DNA of 64,000 nt from Anaerolineales bacterium (GTDB taxonomy: Bacteria; Chloroflexota; Anaerolineae; Anaerolineales; Villigracilaceae). The stretch covers positions 844 to 64,843 of the forward strand of contig JACKAW010000011.1 of NCBI GenBank assembly GCA_020634885.1, written 5' to 3'. The notes under the pieces are model-generated. The model was not told the origin of the DNA. It ran no database searches and saw nothing but the letters and a program-made list of their open reading frames with translations. Position numbers and translations under genes: made by a program. Every line of letters begins with the position of its first letter. Position 1 is the stretch's first letter. Positions 17,586 to 26,100 of this stretch are shown here, one piece after another.

Positions 17586-17662
17586 AGTAGAAAGTGGAAA
17601 GTGGGAAGTGGTAAGTGGTAAGTGGGAAGTGGGAAGTGACGAGTTACAAGTTACGAGTTACG
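17586..17662. repeat. Tandem heptanucleotide array (11 phase-locked units, AGTNNNN)
   Basis: agtagaa agtggaa agtggga agtggta agtggta agtggga agtggga agtgacg agttaca agttacg agttacg. Confidence 0.9.
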
Positions 17663-18183
17663 AGGTTGGGGTTTCCTTGTGTACTTGTTTCCTTGTCTAC
17701 TTCTCTCTGACGTGGAGTCCAATTCAGTAAAGCAAAACCAGTTGCACCAAACGAAACAAGGATGATGGGAATCCACACGAAGAGCCAGCCGATAAGGGGG
17801 AAGAAGGCGGCGAGTTCTAGGATGACCGAGCCACGGATGAATCCGTTCAATGGAGTCATGTTGCTGTGTTTGGAAAGTCTCGCGCCAAGGTGAGCAGCGA
17901 TGCCTGCGGAACCGATGGTAGAGATGGCGAGCGCTGCGCCGAGCAGAATCCAGCCGATGAATTTGGCAGGTCCAAATGGAAGCGCGAGCAGAATGACGAT
18001 GGGAATCGTCACGGCAATGACGAGGATGAGTCCCAGCCAGAAGGTGCCCCAAGGCGTTTTTTCCACGCGTGAATGGGCACGAGCAATGAGAGACGGGAAC
18101 AATAGCCACCATGCCGTGAGCATGGCGGGGAAGGCGATTCCGATAATGAGCAGGATGAAGAAGATGGCAGAGATGTCAGCCAT
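17644..18183 (-). CDS. Hypothetical 4-5 TM membrane protein (paralog of 18384-18869)
   Basis: Hydrophobic profile. It shares layout with the upstream gene (N-terminal TM, basic loop, ..TP..F.LG.., C-terminal P.IGW motif). The last 7 codons run into the heptamer array. Confidence 0.6.
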   Translation of the reverse strand: MADISAIFFILLIIGIAFPAMLTAWWLLFPSLIARAHSRVEKTPWGTFWLGLILVIAVTIPIVILLALPFGPAKFIGWILLGAALAISTIGSAGIAAHLGARLSKHSNMTPLNGFIRGSVILELAAFFPLIGWLFVWIPIILVSFGATGFALLNWTPRQREVDKETSTQGNPNLVTRNL

Positions 18184-18243
18184 GGGGTATGTCCTTTCGT
18201 TTGGTTGATATAAGGGATACAGGGATGGGGCGGGGAAAGTTGC

Positions 18244-18278
18244 AGGGAATAGTGAGTAGTGGATAGTGGGTAGTGAGC
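18244..18278. repeat. Tandem heptanucleotide array (5 units)
   Basis: agggaat agtgagt agtggat agtgggt agtgagc. Confidence 0.8.
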
Positions 18279-18285
18279 AGGAAAA

Positions 18286-18315
18286 GAAAAAGACGCGCTA
18301 GCCGCGTCTTTTTCA
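18286..18315. terminator. Stem-loop flanked by A- and T-runs
   Basis: aaaaagacgcg-ctagc-cgcgtcttttt. Confidence 0.7.
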
Positions 18316-18383
18316 AAAATATCCGGTGGTCTCGATACGCCTTCGGCTATCGCCTCAGGCTACTCGACCATCGAGATTGGACT

Positions 18384-18869
18384 TTAACTTTTTTGGAAGA
18401 ATCCCAAGATCGTGGCACCGATGCCAGTGAAGGTGACGTAGGGCAGAAGCAGGAACCAACCGACAAAGGGCAGAGCGCAGGCGATGCAGAGGATGACGGA
18501 ACTCCAGAGGTTGCGCTTCCATGCGGACATGTCTGGGAAGAGACGTTCGGCGAGGTGGTGGACGGTGGCGGTGAGTCCCACACTCAAGAGGACGGAGAGA
18601 AAGGCGAGGATGAGCAAGGCAGGGATGGTGAGTATCCCATTGACGAAGGAGCCTGCGTTCTCGGCGAGCGAGAGCATGACAAAGGCGATCAAGCCAAAGA
18701 AGAAAAAGTTGACCATGCCCAAGCCGAAGGAGCGCCCTGGGGTGAGGGTTAGGCTGGTTTGGGTCTTGGCGACGCGGGCGGTGAAGAGTGCGCCGATGAC
18801 GAGAAAGTAGGCGCTGAGGGTGATGGTCAGCAAGAGGATGATGAGGGTAAGGCGAAGGATGTCGGTCAT
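18384..18869 (-). CDS. Hypothetical 4-5 TM membrane protein (paralog of 17644-18183)
   Basis: GGAGA RBS 4 nt upstream of the ATG. Hydrophobic profile. C-terminal LPFVGWFLLLP is comparable to FPLIGWLFVWIP in the paralog. Confidence 0.6.
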   Translation of the reverse strand: MTDILRLTLIILLLTITLSAYFLVIGALFTARVAKTQTSLTLTPGRSFGLGMVNFFFFGLIAFVMLSLAENAGSFVNGILTIPALLILAFLSVLLSVGLTATVHHLAERLFPDMSAWKRNLWSSVILCIACALPFVGWFLLLPYVTFTGIGATILGFFQKS

Positions 18870-18887
18870 GATTTCTCCAAAGGTTTT

Positions 18888-18970
18888 GTAGGGGCGAGGT
18901 CTCCTCGCCCTATGTCATTGTGCAGACGTTATTGGGCGGGGGATACCACTTCGTGGCACAAGCCCCGCCC
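18888..18970. repeat. Two GC-rich hairpins of the GTAGG-flanked family
   Basis: The first is gtaggggcgagg-tct-cctcgccctat (18888-18913). The second is gggcgggg-N21-ccccgccc followed by ctac (18934-18974). Confidence 0.7.
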
Positions 18971-19501
18971 CTACGAATGGCGATGATTTCTTAACAACAA
19001 CCCATTCCCAAAGATCCAAAAGATGGACACGATGGAGAGGGCGATGAAGAGGGTGGATAGTTCAACGGGATAAGCGGGCAGGTTGGGGAATTGGGTAATT
19101 GGTAACTGGAAAGTAGAAAGTGTGTCTAACCATGAAGTCCACAAAGATTGAAGCTCGAAGAGCCAGGTGGTGAAGGATGGCGTTTCAATTTGTGGAATCA
19201 TGATGGAGAAGAATGGAATGGCGACGATGAGTGCAACCAGCGCGGCAGCGGCTTGCAGAGTCGCTGTCAGCGTGAGCCAGCGTGGGAGTTGTGGAGTCAG
19301 GCTGGGGCGGGGAGAGAAGCGAGCGGCGAGATTGGTAGATAATTCCACGTCGGGCAGAGAATCCAAATCTGTGAATAAGGCTTGGAGTGCCGAGAGTCGC
19401 GCCGCGCATTCGTCACATGAGTCGAGATGCGTTTCGATCTCTGCGCGTTCAGTGGAAGCGTTATCCAAATATTCGTTGAGTTGCTCGTTAGTCAGGTGCA
19501 T
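18971..19501 (-). CDS. Anti-sigma factor (zf-HC2 type) with one TM helix
   Basis: The N-terminal H..CDEC motif (THLDSCDECAARL) is typical of ZAS-type anti-sigma factors. It overlaps the ECF sigma gene stop by 14 nt. Confidence 0.75.
   Translation of the reverse strand: MHLTNEQLNEYLDNASTERAEIETHLDSCDECAARLSALQALFTDLDSLPDVELSTNLAARFSPRPSLTPQLPRWLTLTATLQAAAALVALIVAIPFFSIMIPQIETPSFTTWLFELQSLWTSWLDTLSTFQLPITQFPNLPAYPVELSTLFIALSIVSIFWIFGNGLLLRNHRHS
19085..19119. repeat. Heptamer-phased repeat inside the anti-sigma coding region
   Basis: ggggaat tgggtaa ttggtaa ctggaaa gtagaaa, which encodes ...TFQLPITQFPNLP... on the minus strand. Confidence 0.6.
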
Positions 19502-20024
19502 GGAGTTTCTCCGCGAGAAGTTTGCGCGCGCGGAAGAGATGGCTCTTCACGTCGCTGAGGGGGATGTTGAGTTCGCTTGCGATCTCGTCGTAGGATAGTT
19601 CTTGATAATGCCGCAGTTCGACGACGATACGATAATGCGGCGGCAGGGACGCGAGCGCGCTGCGGATCTGCTCGCTTCTTTCTTTGACCTCAACCTGCTC
19701 GCTGGGACCTTGAGTTTTATCTTCGTCCCGTTCTTCGTCGAGCGGGGCAGATGGTTTCTGTGCCTCAATATGATTCAGGCACAAATTGGCTGCCACGCGG
19801 CGAATCCATGGGCTGAATTCGCGTTCGATGTCGAAGGTGTGCAGACGGTCGAGGGCGCGGATGAAGGTCTCTTGGGCGAGGTCTTCGGCATCGGCGCGGT
19901 TGTGCAGAATGCGGTAGCAGACGTTGAACACGCTGGTCTGGTGACGGGTGACGAGGTCGCCGTAGGCTTCAGCGTCGCCGCGACGGGCTTGCAGGATCAG
20001 GTCGCGGTCGGTGGGTGCATTCAT
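19488..20024 (-). CDS. RNA polymerase sigma-70 factor, ECF subfamily
   Basis: Region 2 (VFNVCYRILHNRADAEDLAQETFIRA) and region 4 (LSYDEIASELNIPLSDVKSHLFRARKLL) signatures, ~178 aa. Confidence 0.9.
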   Translation of the reverse strand: MNAPTDRDLILQARRGDAEAYGDLVTRHQTSVFNVCYRILHNRADAEDLAQETFIRALDRLHTFDIEREFSPWIRRVAANLCLNHIEAQKPSAPLDEERDEDKTQGPSEQVEVKERSEQIRSALASLPPHYRIVVELRHYQELSYDEIASELNIPLSDVKSHLFRARKLLAEKLHAPD

Positions 20025-20053
20025 GGCTAGAGTGTAATACAGGCGGGGCGGTT

Positions 20054-20089
20054 AAAAAGTTGCAGGGGCGGCACTTCTGCCGCCCCTGC
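20054..20089 (-). terminator. Terminator of the giant surface-protein gene
   Basis: On the minus strand, gcaggggcggca-gaag-tgccgcccctgc is followed by aacttttt. Confidence 0.75.
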
Positions 20090-20102
20090 TGGTAATGTTG
20101 GG

Positions 20103-23100
20103 CTATTCGTCTTCAACCCGTACAAGAACTGCGCGCACGAGTCTCCTGAAGAGGTAGGTATCATTGGACGGGTTATACGTCTGACAGGTGATCAACGTAA
20201 GGTATGAATGGTCTTTCAAAGATTCGAACGCATACGCCGTAGTATCGGGATGAACCAGTTTCTGCTTTCTCACTTCGAAAATATATTTTGAGCCATTCAT
20301 ATGCACAATGATCTGGTCTCCATACACAAGTTGTTTCAGGTCCGAGAAGGGACCATCCAACCCGCTGGCGTTGGTCACATGGGCGGTCAATACGGAGTTC
20401 CCTTCCCATGAGGGGAAGGCTGTGCCGTTCAACCAGCCGATATTGTTTTCAAGCCATTTCACGTCCCATTCGCCGTTAAGTTGCGGCACACCGACAATGG
20501 GTTCCTTCACGTTCAGGGCGGGTATTTCCAGCCAAATATCACCAAACTGCGAATACGCCTGTGCTTCCGTCTGTTCTGGGAGCAGGGTTACCTTACCGGG
20601 GGCAAAGCCGGTAGCAGGCATTTTCTTCAGCTTATCACCAGACTCTTCGTCGTTTACATTGACCGGGTTGATCGTAAGAGCGGAAGAATTGCTGTAAAGA
20701 TCCAAGCCGCTTGGAGGATCGTACCAGCGTTCAGTAGACCTGCTGTTATAAGCAGAAAGCTCAATGGGATTCCCAGTGAGGATATCCGGGTCAATCTCCA
20801 GTGAAGTCCACTCAACAAAAGCGACATTCGTCGCCGGAGTACCCACCAATACAGCAGTAAAGCGGATGGTAGAGGTCTGCCCCAGCGGGAAGGATGCCCA
20901 GTTGAAAACAAGGTCTGTTGTAGTCGAGCCGGGGTTGCAGTAATCTGAAGCAGGAGTATCAGGAGCCAACCCGGCAATATATTGAACCGTACATTCAACA
21001 TACTGTAACTCCGCCTGAATGATATCCTGAACGACCACATCAAAGGCATCTGCCCGGCTTGCGGGGCTGGTGTGGTTGATCACAATCGTGAACTCGATCG
21101 GTGTTCCCAGGGGAACATTCTGAGTCACGTTGGCTGTTTTGAGGATCGCCATATTCGGTTCGATCACTCTGACATTCGGTGCGCTGGTTTCAAACGAACC
21201 GCCAGTGAATGACCATGTTACTGCGTTGTTCAAGGTAACATCATTGACATTCTCAACGACGTTCAAGACCACGGCGCGGTATTGAATCACGATGGTCTGC
21301 GGGGTGGTTTGTGCAGAAATATCGCCGAGGCTGAATTCCACCTGCCTGCCAGGGTTGGCGGGATTGGTGGGGCTGTCTCCAGCGTTGACAACGGCTGAAA
21401 CCACAGGGGATGCGGGCGGGGCGGGAGGTGGAGCCGGACAAACGGAAGCCGTCATATCCACGCCAGCGACCATCACAGAAGAACAATCTACAAATGCCAA
21501 GCCCTTGTCCATCACATCGGTCACTTTAACATCTGTCAAAGCAATGCCAAGGGGCAGGCTGATGGAAATCCGGTAGGTAACGACCTCGCCGATGGTCACA
21601 TCGGCGCCAGTGGTATGAGCCTCGCTGGTGGTAATGATGGTCTTCGACATTCCATTATCAGAACGGAAGCCAAAATCTGCTGTGGGGTTATAGGTGGTGC
21701 CGTTGCTATTGGTGACCGTGTTTTCAGTCTTTGCTCCCACAGAACCCGCGGTAAGCGGAATGGCGTTGCTATAGGCGGCTCCATAATTTTCGCCAACGCC
21801 ATTGTCATTATCATTGGTGTTGGTATCTGGTGTGGTGGTATCGACGGCGTCGAATGTATCCACCGTGCCGACATAGCCAACCGGCGGCGTTACTTTGACG
21901 ATGTAATCACCCTGCGGCAAACCGGTAAAGATGTATTTTCCATCGATCAAGGTGGTCATCGTGCCAGAGCCAACCGTGATCTCCGTTACGCCGTCGCTGG
22001 CATAAAGCTGAACAATGGCATCAGCCAACAGCGTGTCACCGCTGTTATAGTCGCCGCTGCTGTCCACATCTATGAAGACCAGATCACCAACCGATACGCG
22101 GTAGAAGCCGAAATCAACCGTCATATTTGCGCGCGCATCGGGGTTACTGCCCTGTCCAACGCCGGTTTCCAGGTCTGTTTCACCGGTTGGTTCAGAATTA
22201 TTGGGACCCAGGGTAACCGCCAACGAAAGGACTCTTCCGCCGCTGAGTGTTCCATTATCGTCCGAGTCTTTGTCGTCATCCCCGCCGCCTGCGACGCCAT
22301 CGGGACCGAGGTCTGGGTCTGGCGCTGCGGTTTCTGTTGTTGTGCCGTCCGATTGCATACTCGTAGCCGAAGACCAATAGCCGTATAGCACGCCGCCCGA
22401 GTTGAAGTTACTGGCGGCAACTGCCACGACATAATCACCCGCGGCGAGGTTATCGAACAGGTAATACCCGCCATTGGTGGTTGTATCGGTACTTAAAACC
22501 GTTGAAAGGTCGCTGGCGGCATACAATTCAACCAACACACCATTCACCCCAACTTCACCCGGGGTGATGTCGCTATCATTGTCGGTGTCGAACCAGACGC
22601 GATTGCCCAAGGCGTACACGGTGGTGACAACACCAAAGTCGACGGTGTTGTCGGTGGTGGTGCCATTGGCATTGAGCGCCTGAATGTTGGTCTTGGCAGA
22701 TGTATCTGGTTTTGTGCCGCCGCCTGCCGTCATGGTCAGAACATTGGAGAAGACTTCTCCATTCCCAACACCCACACCGTTATCGTTATCATCCGTGTTC
22801 CAATCGGGGCTGGCGCTATCGTTCGCATCGTAATCATCGCGGGTACTGGATGCACCGGAGGAGATATCCACACTGACAATGTAATTACCAGCGGGCCACC
22901 CGATGAATGAGTAATGTCCGTTGATATCCGTGGTGGTTGTGTCAAGTAACGTGGTGGTGGTACCTGCCGCATTGGAAGCGTACAGATTGACAGACACACC
23001 TTGAATGGGCGTATCTGAGTTGTTGAAGGTTCCGTCTTTATCCAGATCCGCAAATACAAGGTTGCCGATCTCGGTGCGATAGAAACCGAAGTCCACGGTC

Positions 23101-26100
23101 ATGTTGGCGCGTCCATCCGGCTGGTCTCCCTGTGAACCGCCGTTCAAATCTGTTTCGGCAGTCGGTTCGGTGAGTCCGTTTGGTCCAATGGTTACGGCAG
23201 ATGAGATGACCGCACCCGGGAGTGTGACACCTGTTTGCAGGGTGCCATTGTCGTCCAAATCTTTGTCGTCATCCCCGCCGCCTACGATTCCATCGGGACC
23301 GAGGTCTGGGTCTGGCGCTGCGGTCTCTGTTGTTGTGCCGTCAGCTTGCATGGTCGTAGCAGACGACCAATAGCCATTCAATGCCCCGCCCGTGTTGAAG
23401 TTAGCGGCTGTGATCACCACAACATAATCGCCGGGGGCGAGGTAATCGAACAGGTAATAGCCGTTGGCGTTGGTGGTGGTAACACGGGGAGAGCCGTTGG
23501 CGATGACTGGCGTGGTGGGGTTTCCGCTCGCATCCGCGTGATACAGAGCCACTTCGACATTAGAGACACCCACTTCGCCTGTATCCATGAGGCTGTTGTT
23601 ATCGGTATCGAACCAGACGCGGTTGCCGAGCGCATAGGTTTCTACAAAGCCAAAATCGAGGGTAAGGTCACTGTAGTTATCTGCCTCGCCGTAACGCCCG
23701 CGTGAGTTGGGTCCATCACCGGCGGTGGGGTTGAAACCGAGTGTGGTTGTGGTGTCGCCGCTGCCGGTTTCGCCAGTGGGAACTCCGCTCAATGTTGCGC
23801 CGGAGAAGTTTACAGTGGTGGAAATGATCCCGTATGGCGAGCCGGTTGGGGTGGGGTTGAGGCGGTCGATCCCGTTATCCAGGCTGTCGGTATTGTTCGC
23901 GGCGTTATCGACATGATCGGTGCTGCTTGTGTATCCGACCAGGGCAGAGTATGTACCGCCTGCATCGAAGTTATCGGCATCTACGGCAAGGATGTAGCGG
24001 TTGGGGGGCAGGTTGTCGAAAAGGTAATAGCCGTTCGCATCGGTCACATCCCAAGCGACCCAGTCATCGGTTGTATCGCCAAGGGTTCCGCGATCATCAG
24101 GAATGCCATCATTATTGTTATCCAGATACAAACGGACAAGCGCATTGGCAACGGGAGTTTCATCCGCTGTATCAAACACGCCGTTATTGGTATTTGTGCC
24201 TGCGCCGGTATCGAACCATAAATAGTTGCCCAAACTGCGCGGACGGCGGACGAAGCCGAAATCCATGGTCAGGTTGCTGTTTGTATCGGTTTGCCCGTAA
24301 AGCCCGACATTATTCGTTCCGTATAAAGTCGTGTTGGAACTTAGGTCGGTTTCTCCTGTGGGCGTTGTTTGAGGTTCAGTTCCATACGCCATAACGATGA
24401 CCGTGCTGCTGATGCCGTTTGTGGCGGGGTTGTTATTATCCACACCGTTATCGTCTTTATCTTCGTCATCGGCTGGTGCGGTGAGCGGCGTGGTATCGGT
24501 GCTGCTAATGTAATTTCGCAATGGCTGCCCAGCCGCAAAGTTGGAGGCGGGGATGTGGATGTAGTAATCTGTACCGGGTTGGATGCGGTCGAACAGATAA
24601 TATCCGTTGGCATCGGTTGTTTCGTAGCGGATATTTGTATCAGGGGTTGCTCCACCAACCTGAAGCCCGGGGGTTCCATTGGTATCTGACCACAGTTCCA
24701 CACGAACGCCTGAAACGCCGGGTTCGGTGCCGTCTTGAATGCTGTTGTTAAAGCCGCTGCGGAAGGTGGTTTCACCCGCGCCGCTATCAAACCAGACGCG
24801 GTTGCCCAAACTCATGGGCGGAATAAAGCCGAAGTCAATGGTGAGGTTGCTGGTGGCGTCTGTTTCGAGGTAGCGTCCGCGTGAATTCACGCCATCATAT
24901 TCGGTGGGGTTTATGCCGAGGTTGAGGGTGGCGGGGTTGCCATCTGGGTCGGGTTGATTGCTTAGGTGAGTTTCGCCTGTTGGTTCAGGGAAGAGTACAT
25001 CACGGGTTAATACGATGGGTCCGCTAAAGACGCCTGTTGCTTCAGGCGTATCTGTATTTTCGCCATTGTCATCCACGTCGATTTCGGCGGTGGTTGTGCC
25101 GCCATTGACATCGCTGGTTTCTGTACCGGTGGGCTGACTGCTGTACCATCCGCGTAAGACGCCGTTAGCCGAAGGCATGGAACCTGCGCCGTCGGGGTCA
25201 AACGTATCCTGGAAGTTCCCCGGGGCAACCAACACAAAATAGGTGCCGGGGTCGAGGTTATCAAACAAGTAGAAACCGTTTGCGTCGGTGACATCAAAGC
25301 GGATGTATTCATTCCCTTCGGCGGTGCCGCTTCCGTTCCCGTCGCGATAGAGTTCCACGCGGGCTCCCGCTACGGGGAGTTCTCCCGCATCGCGGATGCC
25401 GTTATTGAGCGTTCCACCGCCAGTTCCATCGTCATACCAGAGGTAGTTACCAATGCTGAAGGCTACATCTGAGCCGCCGAAAAAGCCGAAGTCTACGGTG
25501 AGGTCGCTGTTTCCGTCTTTCTCGCCGTTCAAGCCGCGCCGGGTGGCGGCGGGACCATCACGGTCGTTACTGGAGAGGTCGCTTTCGTTCTTTTGTTCAT
25601 TATCAGAAGACAAGGGGATCGTTGCGCTGAAGACTTCTGTGCTTGGGGCAGGCAGCACAGCGGTAGAATCAATACCGTGGTCGCTGCTATCGGGGTTGGC
25701 ATCTGGCGGGTTGGTGTAGGTGGCAGAAGAAGGTGTGCCGGTACTGCTTCGCAATCCGTAAAGCGGGTCGGATGGGGTTGCGAAGTTACTGGCAGGGATG
25801 CCTACTACATAATCGCCTGCGGGGAGGTTGCTAAAGAGATAGTAGCCACCCGAATCGGTTGTCATTGTGGCGATGGGTGTGGTTGTATCTGCCGCATTAT
25901 AAAGATTGACAGTAACGCCTGCGATGCCCGGGTTTGTATCATCTGGCGGGTTGATCGTGCCGCTGTTATCCGAGTCACGCCAGACGCGGTTACCAATGCT
26001 AAAGCGTTCAGGGATGGTGATACCCACTTTTCTCGGTTCAGATGCGAGCAGGTCACGGAGGTTAAGGCTTGGGTCGAGATACGATCCAACATGTGCGAAG

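Noticed and set aside
17586-17662. Possibility that the short tandem arrays are a CRISPR array or a degenerate CRISPR.
   Set aside because: The units are 7 nt and contiguous, with no spacers. No repeat of 23-47 nt alternating with unique spacers occurs anywhere in the window, and no cas genes are present.
18313-18332. Shared string (c)ttttcaaa(a)atatccggtggtct at 18307-18332 and 58867-58888, considered as a dispersed repeat or regulatory box.
   Set aside because: The exact match is only 16 nt (aaatatccggtggtct). A 16-mer coincidence is expected roughly once by chance among all position pairs in 64 kb on both strands, and the flanks diverge immediately. It is worth a genome-wide count but is not supportable from this window.
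21615-22388. 257-aa plus-strand ORF, and many similar ones (for example 23235-23705, 23927-24394, 25593-26162, 26964-27347), lying opposite the giant gene.
   Set aside because: They lie entirely antisense to a strongly supported 8.9-kb coding frame with recognisable domains. Their translations are low-complexity (R/G/C/V-rich) with no motifs. They are shadow ORFs of a GC-rich repetitive gene.
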